A stretch of DNA of 64,000 bases from a virus (Duplodnaviria; Caudoviricetes). Both the position numbers and the translations under genes were made by a program. The stretch lies in IMG/VR virus record IMGVR_UViG_3300044723_007969, one strand, 5' to 3'. This document shows, piece by piece, positions 41,301 through 48,998 of this stretch. The notes beneath the pieces were generated by a model, which worked only from the letters and a program-made list of their open reading frames with translations, did no database searches and was not told the DNA's origin. The first letter of the stretch is position 1, and the number at the start of each line of letters is the position of its first letter.

Positions 41301-42213
41301 GAGAAGAGAAGTTCTCGAAGGAAGATCAAGTGGAATCTTCAAATTGAGATTCGACACTTTGAATGCAGGATACACTTATGTGTGGTTAAATGGTGAACAG
41401 TTGACCCAAGGTGTGGACTGGCTTGTGAGCGGCAACACAATAACTGTACCAGGCAAGACGATCACAGCAAGTGATAGATTAGATGTGATGTATTTCGCGG
41501 TAGAATCTGCCACAGGTGCAACAGGATTCAGGATATTCAAAGACATGTTGAACAGGACGTTCTACAAACGTATATCCAAGACTGCAACAACAAAATTAAC
41601 GATAGATATGACAGAAGGGACACAGACCATCACAGTAGAAGATGGCACAGTGTTACCTGATCCAAAAAACGTTATCAGTTATGATGGATCGTCTGTTCAA
41701 ACAATTATACCGGGAGTCATATTCATAGACAAAGAGAGAATAGAATACTTTACAAAAACAGGTAACACGTTGGGACAACTGCAACGTGGAACTCTTGGAA
41801 CAGGAATTAAGGGGCATGGATCAGGCACGGAAGTGGTAGATGCGTCTGGTACTCAAACCATCCCTTATGCGGACACGGTACACACCAACACCTTCACAGG
41901 TGACGGTAGCACTGTAATTTTCGCACTATCACAAACACCATCATCCGCTAGTGAGTTAGACATATTCATTGGTGGCCAACGATTGTTGCTCACTAGCGAG
42001 GATGGTTCAACTATAAATTACTCTGTGTCTGGAAGCAACGTTACTTTGAGTACGGCACCCGCTTCAGGCACACAGGTCAAAATATTACACAAGAAAGGAC
42101 AGGTATGGTACACTGCTAAGGACGGAAACCCAGCAGATGGTAAAGGATTACAGGCTTCTACAAGCCAACAGGCTAAATTCATTGCTAATGAGCCTACAAA
42201 CGCACCTGAATAA
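29323..42213 (+). CDS. Giant multidomain baseplate/virion protein (gp7-like position), 4296 aa
   Basis: Follows gp6; cupredoxin-like segment (LYYQCGNHDAMYG), FG-GAP propeller repeats, two CBM5/12-like repeats, 'GDGSTxxF' beta-repeat modules. Confidence 0.75.
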   Translation: MADNTTNSLTNNEVVKQGNNEYRRTVQHLPAFYRTDTNQRFLSSTVDPLIQKGALERLDGFIGRQDAYTRQVTDRYVSATNRDRYAYQLEPAVTYTNRDTTSVNPEDQVKFTGTYDDYINQIKYFGGKINNHDRLNKEKIYSWNPAIDYDKLINYREYYWIPEGPGSIEIDSVGPNAVAEYSVENLAQGAYNFSHRENENNPILTLYRGNTYKFNVNAKGHPFYIMTEPYKDGSTNLFYTSGVTNAGADTGTVTFTVPTGAPDILYYQCGNHDAMYGILQIKTITSTTEINPADDIIGAKNYSLRTLDLSNGMKIKFPASLVGSDYQNREYYVEGVGDSITLTDVDDMITPASYSTETTVLYDAVGYDTRPYAKAFYTPDAKDYITIKKDSRDQNSWSRYNRWFHRSVIEETARVSGFTPVLDEDSRAKRPIIEFDSGLALYNHGTVAKRSVTLFDTVTTDAFSSVVKQTGYIIDGLPVEDGMRVVFSADTDSTVKNKIYVVNFVTAGDSTQVISLTEASDGTPAADESIFIEFGSANQGNTYHYDATSESWKLSQQKTGVNQQPLFKMFDNEHTSFDDATTYPNSSFTGATVFKFATSDTAPTDTVLGIKVKYNTVNNIGDIVFESDHTSGTFTYKLGTTTFTKNLAEGHLHYTTSRTTHNSRSSWIQSTNPSKQRVIRTFTVGKTEKKLFPVDCYDKSALLTDLEISVSVNGEKKSLTTDYTLVNGTKNRYVKFVKELIVDDQIRLSVYSAADKVKGKGIYEVPDNLSTNSMNGKLGTFTYGQVLRHVRDIFEKNTNLTGSVPGSTNLRDNPDSRFLGGTIHQHEGPLLPAIYGLIDRDTNLINAIEYTAHEYEKWYDAFLTHITGTAYEGVAADRVDEIISSITTGRNSSFPFYYEDMLGYGENVTTRSYTVLGASQTEYAIDSIHDITKISNRAVYVYLNDVQLLVGSQYTFSTTDDSVNITATLTEGDRIVIKDYADTTGSYMPTSPTKLGMYPKFTPEIFTDDTYITSTTVIRKHDGSIIKAYGDERDSLILELEKRIYNNLKTSYDNTLININDVLPNVFSSTEYTVDEINDIMATDFYSWAGRGNVQYISNTTFVEGSPFTYNYARSTSNKSGDKLPGYWRAIYKEYYDTDAPHVRPWEMLGHSEKPTDWDTTYGTAPYTSGNSILWNKIATESGRYGKPGILNYLPVDTSGNLLDPLAIGLVDNLDVAGRSAGWKFGDQSPAETAWRRSSAYTFSVIRTLALTKPAKFFSNLFDPSRLTTNVAGNQIDTDTGVRSTLATSKYHLETVTDNNTGITTRYHTAGYQPFIVNHLVSKNLDPKTFYYDRMKNLKVQLAYKLGGFTDKDNIKILTDSVSPGSTSGSKFIPDENYKILFRTSNPVDSFQYSGVLIEKNTDTTTKTDGSTVTNVGGYKVLGYSKSKPYFNFNYPIKTTTASAVSVEGSVTVEKFNIYQEATQTVPYGHVFDTIQDVADFLFGYGHWLEDQGFRFNKFSKELKETLNWSNAVREFLFWTTQQWTPGSAVTVSPAADGFELDTTDGIVGKMRNLSGDYSILDSGGRKIDVREISTKRLGKTFELGIKSADVGLYNIALNTVQKEHILLFDNSTVFSDIIYEPYTGFRQERLKLVGWKTAGWNGDYYAPGFVFDAAQVTYWLANTDYRIGDSVEYQAKFYVSKANHNSGPKFDIENWTLKTEKPAPQLIPNFEYKISQFNDFYNLETNNFDESQQKLAQRLIGYQSRDYLENLFVNDVSQYKFYHGFIKEKGTKNAIDKILKAKYEGEDIDLDLHPEWMIRTGNFGNTDSTESIQITLNQNQITSDPQSIELLENTKDTPEYARSEGVAKDNFFYKPVEYTTSTTFSRLDYTKEGVNRDTAQVFKTAGYPQLGQVQHTAFNITDIFNLDVNRVASSELIWVANKSNRDWDVFRITAGDFKIATVRSVNGASQLELIFTGSHGLSQGTQTTEADYFAISNSEEETLNGVYQVASIVDHRTVLIDYTGNTSFIPALEDGSTADTYGNVYKFISVRVDSMDNCNDKINYDKYRDRDNSIEREGDKVFADADSSGLWRVYEKQDPYTLKNILSPDSATTQQDFGHRIVARNDGRTVIASAPGKAQGEVHFLFRSTATPGSLFRPNSTVTTTAGNDNTSKLGESLSMSTDENFVIAGAPYANSLGSDGSTRFADAGAIELFVWDPSTFKYGTLVTKRPPTDQASQNFGWAHKIAEPGASSVRSTPTKYMFVSAPGLNSDTGRVYMYEWGIGADGSTYDSWTQCATIDSAEGGSGQRFGHRLEVNDNGDILAVSSIAPGNAGKVDIFVRSSHSNDDSVAHSFTHVQTLTGVSTDGSSLNTQFGDSVAMSKDGTRLIIGAPGVDKTEQDDAGAIYYYKWNADGSTNTYTLQQTMESPDSQVNMRFGTSLSMNQAGTRLIIGAQNFSNVREMKFDAGETTFDLQDTTISDTNTESGSAYTATMYNTKFVIDDRLITDSVSAHDGFGKGVCVTDNTVLVGAPQDDGNIASDGSSRVQNDGTLSCFDLSVSGEYAWKNITFETPLIDIEKAGQVFDFNNKTKQIRDFYDLYDPVQGRILGVADREINYKTEWDPATYNTGQDENTKTPWAEEHLGEVWWDLSQVKWLWYDQGTQEYKFNHWGQKFPGSTIDIYEWTESPVLPSVWNTRSGTQQGAVEGISGIAAYGDDSSYNIVQRYNSSVNRFVNIYYFWVRNRSTVPTNSVVTRKNSTSFVSNLIDFPERFSYKYYSITDTNMLIINKIGALTNSDIVLNIDIRTNNFEGDSHSVWKLAKEGDKDWRPGHQIETRWWDSLTGKNVAGDIVPDLDLPVNRRYGNNIRPRQGWYVNRFNALKEIIDYANDVLKKHQLVGTINLNNLNSADPEPTAQSLEWDAYVDTYAELTYIDTREFSGTVNYLVKADETANNYWAIYTWDGTEWTRTKLQTYNTSAYWGYTDWYQVLEHHGETGMVHDANTKIDKQVTYQYELDTLDLAVGKHVKVTSADTGGWKLFMKTATGWSNVGTENGTIRLKTTLYDYSQDATGFAGQDSFDDNFFDQDPSTETRKILTALRDDLFINDLAIEYNTLFFTGLRKVLEEQTYVDWMFKTSFINIKNSVRKLDQRKTYTIGTDSWIESYINEVKPFHTTIREYKLGYTNTDTHDGIFSDFDNPTFYDPETNAIRSLNVDSDTDKLTEFPHQMWYDYHKKYVQSITVTHGGSGYQQIPIVTVLGGTTGSTGPFQIQATSSSGTTSGQFGYYYPLFTNEKQAEIYDTQNGGTGTTKTYTFDGYPGSFYGPTASTAESTSDKSGAFKMYITPTNTAATATATIQNGAVTKITVTGIGANYNSTPVVIISGGRTDGSTPTDTAKAYANLNNDLVRDLDTTIKFDRVSSTSRVQDWTASTAYAYNDLIRHKNQLYKVTKAFTATTDFDDNVADLYKVYGDETGLTAADRTKGFYTPGTGMPGNELDQVMTGIDYGGTMVTGLLFNQSQGWDRSGWYDFPWDNYGGSRVKAFKGDGSSNTFTFDTAPATTEVYQVYITEDDSTRRKLTDVVRGDGSSVVMPVGGLSITPNANALVEFIPFDDDGVLTPTDDRTLDSIVKGGLFGSALGHAPSDIMLEGDDFVSPDTSYAPEETVPGQLFDTLDIKVYTSPESGVPFISEKNYTGNGSTTTFAIGDFPGTLGSVTVSVGGVVKKLTTDYTINVANKTITFGSAPANGSVIATRVFAISGDNYRVLDTFVGDNSTVSFTTSSRSEFNLDSTVSDIYVTQDGVPRTDFTRTITANTVTITFNSPVPPTGAFIQVAGFNKSASSPTRSFASIRNQELTYASGTNRYTLTYPPGSIGPFSGLTTVEVNGRVLRGPDNTYYVGDGSTYTYGVVSGLEDDSTVDPAKTISSASQVEVYVNGTKKDLNTDYTVDIGNQNIEFVTSAVPTSTDVICISTLVDHQYFNQGTDIILVPSAITSPYSLSNSDKISVTTFNNALGMKQRREVLEGRSSGIFKLRFDTLNAGYTYVWLNGEQLTQGVDWLVSGNTITVPGKTITASDRLDVMYFAVESATGATGFRIFKDMLNRTFYKRISKTATTKLTIDMTEGTQTITVEDGTVLPDPKNVISYDGSSVQTIIPGVIFIDKERIEYFTKTGNTLGQLQRGTLGTGIKGHGSGTEVVDASGTQTIPYADTVHTNTFTGDGSTVIFALSQTPSSASELDIFIGGQRLLLTSEDGSTINYSVSGSNVTLSTAPASGTQVKILHKKGQVWYTAKDGNPADGKGLQASTSQQAKFIANEPTNAPE

Positions 42214-42222
42214 ATACACTAG

Positions 42223-42948
42223 ATGACACAGGACAACAAACCAACAGAATCAAAAGAAGAGAACAAAAAGCCACAGGATAACACAGGTGTTATGATGACT
42301 GGGCATATCAAGATTTTCGACCCAGAGACAGGTGAGGTTATCGTAGACAAAAGAAACGCGATACACTATGAAAACATGTCTCAGGCACTGGCCAATTCAC
42401 TGGCCAACAAGTCAACAGGTTTCGTACACGAGATGGCGTTTGGTAATGGCGGAACATCCGTCGATCCAACAGGTGTAATTACATACCTCACTCCAAACTC
42501 AACAGGCAGTAATGCCACTTTGTACAATCAAACCTACTACAAAGTCATAGATGATAACTCTGCAACCAACAAAGACACAACAAGAAACAAGATGGAAGTG
42601 CGACACACAGCAGGTAACAAGTACACTGACATTGTTTGCACTTGTACTTTGGACTACGGTGAGCCAACAGGACAAGCGGCGTTTGACAACACTACAGATT
42701 TCAATGGTGCATATGTTTTTGATGAATTAGGATTGAAGAGTTGGGAAGGTACAGAGAATGGCGGAACAAACAAATTGTTGACACACGTTGTATTCCACCC
42801 AGTACAGAAATCTTTAAACAGATTGATCCAGGTTGATTACACTCTAAGAATACAAAGTTTAACAACATTCACTGAAACTAGTTCTACTGCACTGTCAACT
42901 TCAAACACAGTGAGTGGTACAACATCAGGTGGTAACACAGGGTACTAA
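42223..42948 (+). CDS. Baseplate / tail-associated structural protein
   Basis: 241 aa; 'MAFGNGGT', 'FDELGL', 'LLTHVVFHPVQKSLNRLIQVDYTLRI'; TAAATA 6 nt before ATG. Confidence 0.65.
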   Translation: MTQDNKPTESKEENKKPQDNTGVMMTGHIKIFDPETGEVIVDKRNAIHYENMSQALANSLANKSTGFVHEMAFGNGGTSVDPTGVITYLTPNSTGSNATLYNQTYYKVIDDNSATNKDTTRNKMEVRHTAGNKYTDIVCTCTLDYGEPTGQAAFDNTTDFNGAYVFDELGLKSWEGTENGGTNKLLTHVVFHPVQKSLNRLIQVDYTLRIQSLTTFTETSSTALSTSNTVSGTTSGGNTGY

Positions 42949-42951
42949 TAA

Positions 42952-44448
42952 ATGGAATACACAGTAAACAAGAGTAACACTTCGGCATCGCCGAACAAGT
43001 ACACAGTACAAGATGGAATACTAAACAATCAAACTGATTTGAGTTTCATTGGAAGAGGTTACGCTGGTTACGGAGAAGTAATCGCTGAAAATTTCCTGCA
43101 TCTTTTAGAAAACTTTTCAAACGATTCTGCACCTAGTAAGCCAATACAAGGACAGTTATGGTATGACAGTTCGGCCAATAGGCTTAAAGTCTACACTGGT
43201 TCAGCATTCGTACCATCCGGAGGTAATGTTCCTTATCAATCAGACGCACCATCTGCCTTGACGCAGGGAGACCTATGGATAGACTCGGACACAGGCCAGA
43301 TGTATTTCTACAACGGTTCAAGTTCGGTGTTGGTAGGACCACCCAGTGCTTCGGGAACAACAAACGGTTTCACGTATGACAGCATACTGGACTCATTAGA
43401 CGCAACACAGAACATAACAAAATTATTCAATGATGGGAACCTGATAGCAATAATATCAGAGGACACCTTCACACCCAAAACAGGTATATCAGGGTTCGCA
43501 ACAGTAACAAAAGGTATCACACTATCAACAGCAATAGCAGACGTCAAGTTCTCAGGAACTGCCACAGATGCAGATGCATTAGGTGGAGTAGCGGCGGCCA
43601 ACTATCTGAGATCAAATTCCAATGACACCACATCAGGAACACTTGGTGTTGTTAATGACTCAGGGTTGACGGTTGGTGCTGACAGTGATTTACTTTTGAC
43701 GGTCGATGCGACAGGAGTTAATCTAACCAACGCCACGCAGGACACAGACATTTCAATCAAAGTGAATGATGGTGGTACAACCACTACCGTTCTCACAGTC
43801 GACGGTGCAACATCAAGAATTGGAATAGGCACCACGACACCGACAACGAAACTACAAGTTTCAGGAACAGTGACAGCAACAGCATTCGCAGGTCCTGTGA
43901 CAGGCGACCTAACAGGTAACGTTACTAGCACAGGCGCAAACTCGATGACCACTTTGACAATGGGTGGTACACTCACATCAAAAGCAATATTGCCAGATGC
44001 AACAACAACTTATGATTTAGGATCAACAAGCAAGAAATATAACACCGTACATGCAAAAGCAACATCGGCCCAATACGCTGACTTGGCAGAGATATATGAA
44101 TCAGACTCTAGGTATGACGTGGGAACAGTTGTCGTATTTGGCGGAGAAAAAGAAGTAACACAATCAACGATATCAAATGACACAAGGGTGGCAGGTGTCG
44201 TGAGTGAAAATCCTGCTTACCTAATGAACGACGAGTCCGAAGGACAAGCGATCGCACTTGTAGGAAAAGTCAAGTGTAAAGTACACGGAATGGTATCAAA
44301 AGGCGATCTTTTAACCACTTGTGGAACACATCCAGGCTGTGCCCAAAAGACGGCAAGTCCTGTGTTGGGTTCTGTGGTAGGAAAAGCAATGGAAAACAAG
44401 GATGATGCAGGAGAAAGTGTCATTTTAATAAGCGTAGGAAGACTATAA
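42952..44448 (+). CDS. Tail fibre / baseplate fibre protein, paralogue 1, with a C-terminal ADLAE (peptidase G2-like) chaperone domain
   Basis: N-terminal 'GYGEVIAENFLHLLENF...GQLWYD'; C-terminal 'YADLAEIY...GVVSENPAYLMN...IALVGKV'. Confidence 0.75.
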   Translation: MEYTVNKSNTSASPNKYTVQDGILNNQTDLSFIGRGYAGYGEVIAENFLHLLENFSNDSAPSKPIQGQLWYDSSANRLKVYTGSAFVPSGGNVPYQSDAPSALTQGDLWIDSDTGQMYFYNGSSSVLVGPPSASGTTNGFTYDSILDSLDATQNITKLFNDGNLIAIISEDTFTPKTGISGFATVTKGITLSTAIADVKFSGTATDADALGGVAAANYLRSNSNDTTSGTLGVVNDSGLTVGADSDLLLTVDATGVNLTNATQDTDISIKVNDGGTTTTVLTVDGATSRIGIGTTTPTTKLQVSGTVTATAFAGPVTGDLTGNVTSTGANSMTTLTMGGTLTSKAILPDATTTYDLGSTSKKYNTVHAKATSAQYADLAEIYESDSRYDVGTVVVFGGEKEVTQSTISNDTRVAGVVSENPAYLMNDESEGQAIALVGKVKCKVHGMVSKGDLLTTCGTHPGCAQKTASPVLGSVVGKAMENKDDAGESVILISVGRL

Positions 44449-44458
44449 ATACAGGTAT

Positions 44459-45874
44459 ATGGCGTACACAATCAATAAAACAGACGGCGGAACAGTAGCC
44501 ACGATCACAGACGGAACAGTAGACAACACTACTAGTTTGCAGTTGTTCGGAAAAAGTTATTCAGGATTTGGTGAGGGCCTTAACGAGAACCTTGTCAAAC
44601 TACTAGAGAATTCAGCAGGAACAGGAGCACCATCGGCACCATTGAGAGGTGAACTATGGTTCGACACAAACACAAACCAAATTAAAGTATATGATGGTTC
44701 AAGTTTCAAGCCCACAGGCGGTTCGAAAACAGGAAACACAGCGCCATCGTCACCATCAGTGGGTGACCTTTGGACAAACACAGACGACGACCAGATATTT
44801 GTCTACACAGGAGACTCAAGAACACACCAAGCAAACAACGGATGGGAATTGGTAGGTCCAGTGTTCACGGCAGGACAGACATTGTCCGGTTGGAAGATTG
44901 AAACTATTGCTAGTGCAGGTGGAAACAAGGTTGTTTCATCTATGTACGTGGGTAATACTAGAGTATGTATAGTTTCCAAGGAAGATTTCACACCTTCAGC
45001 AGTACAAACAGGATTTACAACAATCAAGTCAGGAATGACATTGAATTCAACTCTTGGAGCAGTGTTTGAAGGAACGAACACATCAGCAACCTTCTTGAAC
45101 GTATCAGGTACGACAAACAATTCAGGATTGATTGCAGGCGGTAACTTCCTGAGATCAGACGTGGCAGACACCACAACAGGTGGGCTGACCATTGACGCAG
45201 ATGCAGGATTGTCAATAGGTGATGATCAGGAATTGACAGTGACAGTCACAAGCAACAACGTCACTATTGCACAGACATCACAGGACAAAGATATAAAATT
45301 CACAGTGAACGATGGCGGAGTTACAAAAACTCCTCTACAATTGACAGGTGCGGACGGCGGCATTGACATGATAGGTGACCTTACAATCACAGGTAACTTG
45401 AATGTGAGTGGTGCTTACAACTACACATCATCTAACGTAGTTCAACACTCAGACACTTTCTTGAAAGTAAACGCAGGTGGTTCAGAAGTAGACGCAGGAC
45501 TTATAGTAGAAACATCAGACACAGATGATGCCAGAATGTTCTATGATGTGTCTGAAAACTTCTGGTCAGCAGGACATGGACAAGCATATTCACAGGTAAT
45601 CAGATTAGTGGACGCAGTCGAGGACGGCGATAACAACAAAGGTAAAGTTTTGAAAACCACAGCGGCAGGTAATGTCAAAGTTACTTCAGCAAACTTAGGT
45701 GTCGTAGGTTCAGCAATAGCAACGTCAGATACTTCAAGTACAGCAGTTCCGACAATAGGACAGGTTGCTACGTTTGGAAACCTTTGGGGTGGATCAGCGA
45801 AGTATGTAAACACTTCTGCTCCTACAAGCGGCGACGGAGTTGACGGAGATATTTGGTTCGTAAGGGAGGCGTAA
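44459..45874 (+). CDS. Tail fibre / baseplate fibre protein, paralogue 2
   Basis: Same N-terminal domain ('GFGEGLNENLVKLLEN...GELWFD'); ends 'APTSGDGVDGDIWF'; TATAAATA 7 nt before ATG. Confidence 0.75.
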   Translation: MAYTINKTDGGTVATITDGTVDNTTSLQLFGKSYSGFGEGLNENLVKLLENSAGTGAPSAPLRGELWFDTNTNQIKVYDGSSFKPTGGSKTGNTAPSSPSVGDLWTNTDDDQIFVYTGDSRTHQANNGWELVGPVFTAGQTLSGWKIETIASAGGNKVVSSMYVGNTRVCIVSKEDFTPSAVQTGFTTIKSGMTLNSTLGAVFEGTNTSATFLNVSGTTNNSGLIAGGNFLRSDVADTTTGGLTIDADAGLSIGDDQELTVTVTSNNVTIAQTSQDKDIKFTVNDGGVTKTPLQLTGADGGIDMIGDLTITGNLNVSGAYNYTSSNVVQHSDTFLKVNAGGSEVDAGLIVETSDTDDARMFYDVSENFWSAGHGQAYSQVIRLVDAVEDGDNNKGKVLKTTAAGNVKVTSANLGVVGSAIATSDTSSTAVPTIGQVATFGNLWGGSAKYVNTSAPTSGDGVDGDIWFVREA

Positions 45875-45880
45875 TCCCTT

Positions 45881-47308
45881 ATGGTAGCAATAGTTAAAAA
45901 ATTTTCATACACAGGCACAGTGCAAGAGGTAACGATACCCGCAGGCACACAATCAATTGACATATACCTATGGGGTGGCGCCGCAGGTGGTGGTGGCCCA
46001 GATGACAATCCGGGAGGACCAGGCACAGGTGGACAGCACGTCAAACACGTGGGTTACACTGGTGTAGCAAGTAACATAGGAAACACTCTACAGGTCGCAG
46101 TAGGCGGCGGTGGAGGTGGTGGATCATCAGGTGGTGGAGCACCGGGTGGTGTCAACGGAAAAAGTTTAACAAATTACTCAGGCGGGAGAGGTGGTAACGC
46201 AGGACCACAACCATATTCAGGTGGTGGAGGCGGTGGCGGAGGAGCCACAGTCTTAACAGTCAACGGAACAGCGACACACATTGCCGCAGGTGGTGGTGGC
46301 GGAGGTGGTGCAGGTAACCACTCGGGTTCAACACCAGGCATTAATTCTCACTCTGCACACTCACAAACACCAGCCACACTAGGACAGAACGGTGGAGATC
46401 ACTCTGGAGACGGAGGTGGTGGAGGTGCCGGTGGCGGTGGAGCCGCTGGAGGAAAAGGTGGAGCAGGTGGTTCAGGAGACAACACAGGTCAGGGTGGATA
46501 CACAGGTACAAGTTTATTCCAAACGGGAGGATCAAGTGCGGCGGCATCAGGAGTCACGCCAGGTGGAACGGGTGAGTCATACTACGTGGCAGGCACATCA
46601 GTTGGCGGAAACCCAGCCTCATCTGGATCAAATGGATATGCAGTTGTCGTTTTCAACATAGGAGTACAAGCAAACGTCAAAGTATCAGGATCATGGAAAG
46701 AAGTAAATGACATGTATACCAAAGTATCAGGTGCATGGAAACAGATCACAGCAGGCTATGTTAAGGTGGGCAGTGATTGGAAGGCACTGTTCAACGCAGG
46801 AGTGAACTTTATTGAAAACGCGGCAGGTTTTGGAAACTCAGCAGGTGTTAGTGGAGCGCCAGGTGGATCAGGTGGTGGCGGTGGTTGTTTCATAGCAGGC
46901 ACAATGATATCAATGCATGACGGTTCATTGAAACCAGTAGAGCAAGTGGACATAGGTGACACAGTTTCAGTAGGTGGTAAAGTTTTCGCAACAGGTAAAT
47001 TCTTGATAGACAACCTATACGATTACAATGGTATACAGGTATCAGGAACACACATGGTCAAGGAAGACGGTGCGTGGGTTAGAGTAGAGGACAGTAGATT
47101 AGGAGTATCACTAGGTGACGATGAAGTGATAGTGTACGTGTTTGGTAACGAGAACAGAAGAATTATAATCAACAACACAGAGTTCACAGACTACTTTGAA
47201 TTAAGTGAACAGCAAGAACTAACCAACCACGGCGAACAATTTTTTAGTAATTGGCAGGATCATGATAGACAGATACATGATAAAAATGTTAATATACTAA
47301 ATGCTTGA
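45881..47308 (+). CDS. Glycine-rich (polyglycine) adhesin-like protein with a C-terminal Hint autoprocessing domain
   Basis: Long GGGGG runs; 'VKVSGSWK' repeats; 'GGGG|CFIAGTMISMHDGSLKPVEQVDIGDTV' starting at 46886 and 'VSGTH' (Hint blocks A and B). Confidence 0.8.
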   Translation: MVAIVKKFSYTGTVQEVTIPAGTQSIDIYLWGGAAGGGGPDDNPGGPGTGGQHVKHVGYTGVASNIGNTLQVAVGGGGGGGSSGGGAPGGVNGKSLTNYSGGRGGNAGPQPYSGGGGGGGGATVLTVNGTATHIAAGGGGGGGAGNHSGSTPGINSHSAHSQTPATLGQNGGDHSGDGGGGGAGGGGAAGGKGGAGGSGDNTGQGGYTGTSLFQTGGSSAAASGVTPGGTGESYYVAGTSVGGNPASSGSNGYAVVVFNIGVQANVKVSGSWKEVNDMYTKVSGAWKQITAGYVKVGSDWKALFNAGVNFIENAAGFGNSAGVSGAPGGSGGGGGCFIAGTMISMHDGSLKPVEQVDIGDTVSVGGKVFATGKFLIDNLYDYNGIQVSGTHMVKEDGAWVRVEDSRLGVSLGDDEVIVYVFGNENRRIIINNTEFTDYFELSEQQELTNHGEQFFSNWQDHDRQIHDKNVNILNA

Positions 47309-47969
47309 TAAATCCTTTTACCACGGCCAACAAGGCGAGTGTTTCAAACAGTTAGAAAAATATTTTGAAGAGATCAAACACGAGTTTGATTCACAACCTA
47401 ACAAGGCTTTCTTAGATCCGGAAGATTTCTCAGATAGTGTTAGGGGACTTCCAGAAGACTTTGACGACAAGTCAGGTGACTATGTGCATGGCGAATGGCA
47501 AGCATTAGGCATACAATCAGGTGACCATGAGGGACAATCTTTCAATGACTATCCTATTCTATATTCCATACTGAGAAAATTTCCTTACAAAACAAATGTA
47601 GCGATAATGACTGTTGGTCCTAACACAAAGATCGGTAATCACACAGACAACGAAGGTGGATGGAGATATCAAATGTGCTTAGACGACGGTGGAGGAGACC
47701 AGAGTGGCATGCATGTGATGAACATTGAAACTCGTAAACAGGAACTGATGACTTGGAAAACAGGTGAAGCGTTTGTATTTCAACCAGATATACAAGTACA
47801 CAACGGATTCAATAGAAATCCAGGGCCAAGGACAACATTATTAATTGACTTTTACAAGGAATCATTGTACACTAAAGAGAAGTTCGAAGAGTATTACCAA
47901 CACTATTCGGAATGTTTTGAAGGGTTAGAAAATCTAGTGGATGTACATGAGACAAGAAAACAAAAATAA
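47301..47969 (+). CDS. Aspartyl/asparaginyl beta-hydroxylase-like 2OG-Fe(II) dioxygenase
   Basis: 'PNTKIGNHTD...RYQMCL', 'WKTGEAFVF...HNGFN...RTTLLIDF' (HxD...H triad). Confidence 0.8.
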   Translation: MLDKSFYHGQQGECFKQLEKYFEEIKHEFDSQPNKAFLDPEDFSDSVRGLPEDFDDKSGDYVHGEWQALGIQSGDHEGQSFNDYPILYSILRKFPYKTNVAIMTVGPNTKIGNHTDNEGGWRYQMCLDDGGGDQSGMHVMNIETRKQELMTWKTGEAFVFQPDIQVHNGFNRNPGPRTTLLIDFYKESLYTKEKFEEYYQHYSECFEGLENLVDVHETRKQK

Positions 47970-48525
47970 CAAGATTGCCATAATTGGTCACACAAAAGGT
48001 ATAGGCAAGGCCATAGCAGATCTGTACAGAAGAAAAAAATACGAGATTATTGGATTGAGTAGAAGTACAGGATATGATTTGGCAACAGATCAAGAAAAGA
48101 TAATGGAAAAACTAGTGGACTGTGAATTGATTGTAGTAAATGCATATGCTAAATTTGGACAGTATCACTTACTCAAAAGAATTTACAGTGAATTCCACCA
48201 TCATTACAAGAAGGTTGTAGTAATAACAAGCACGTCAGGTACACCACAGGGCAAAGACGAGGAAAATTATGGCGCCGACTACAACGAATACTGCTGGCAC
48301 AAAGAGCATCTGATAAAATACATCAGCGATTTACAAGAAGAGTTGTTCAATAAACCTTTGTCGGTGTATGACGTTTGTCCTGATGTAGTGGATACCGATA
48401 TGATAAAAGGATTATGGGAAGGACTGCCTAAACTCAAAGCGGATGAAGTAGCAGACACAGTGCGTTATTGCTTTGAATCACCTTTTAATATAAACAAGAT
48501 TGTGATACAAAAAAATGTTAGTTAG
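47941..48525 (+). CDS. Short-chain dehydrogenase/reductase
   Basis: 'IAIIGHTKGIGKAIA', 'VVNA', YxxxK 'YCWHK', 'CPDVVDTDM'. Confidence 0.8.
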   Translation: MYMRQENKNNKIAIIGHTKGIGKAIADLYRRKKYEIIGLSRSTGYDLATDQEKIMEKLVDCELIVVNAYAKFGQYHLLKRIYSEFHHHYKKVVVITSTSGTPQGKDEENYGADYNEYCWHKEHLIKYISDLQEELFNKPLSVYDVCPDVVDTDMIKGLWEGLPKLKADEVADTVRYCFESPFNINKIVIQKNVS

Positions 48526-48979
48526 ACCCTGGAACAGAGATAAGGATTATGACACACTAGTAAAGTGGTGGAGACAGTGGGAATTTGGCGTAGTGCCAAA
48601 AGAGTGTTTACCGCCGGAGGGTGTTATGGTAGAAGTAGATGGAAAACCAATTTGTGCCAGTGGACTATATGTGGGCCAAGGAACACAGTTTGGATTCATG
48701 GAATGGGTGGTATCAGACAAACAAGCAGATCGTAGAAAACTACACGAATCATTGAAATTATGTATCGATAGCATAATGTCATTGGCCAAAGACAAGGGGT
48801 TAAAACTGGTTTACACTGCTACCAAGCACGAAGCATTGGGCAAAAGATATCAAAAATACCACGAAATGATGCTCACAGAGAGTAATGTAAAGACTTTCCT
48901 ACGAGATTTAGACGGAAATTACACAAACGATTTAGAGTGGATACAGGACGAAGAGCAATACTTCAAAGGCAATAAATAA
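48515..48979 (+). CDS. GNAT-fold acetyltransferase-like protein
   Basis: 154 aa; 'MVEVDGKPICASGLY', 'LAKDKGLKLVYT' follow the GNAT topology. Confidence 0.55.
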   Translation: MLVRPWNRDKDYDTLVKWWRQWEFGVVPKECLPPEGVMVEVDGKPICASGLYVGQGTQFGFMEWVVSDKQADRRKLHESLKLCIDSIMSLAKDKGLKLVYTATKHEALGKRYQKYHEMMLTESNVKTFLRDLDGNYTNDLEWIQDEEQYFKGNK

Positions 48980-48998
48980 GCATAAGGAGAACATTTAA

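Noticed and set aside
46886-47308. Canonical intein
   Set aside because: No C-terminal His-Asn plus nucleophile and no substantial C-extein; treated as a Hint autoprocessing domain
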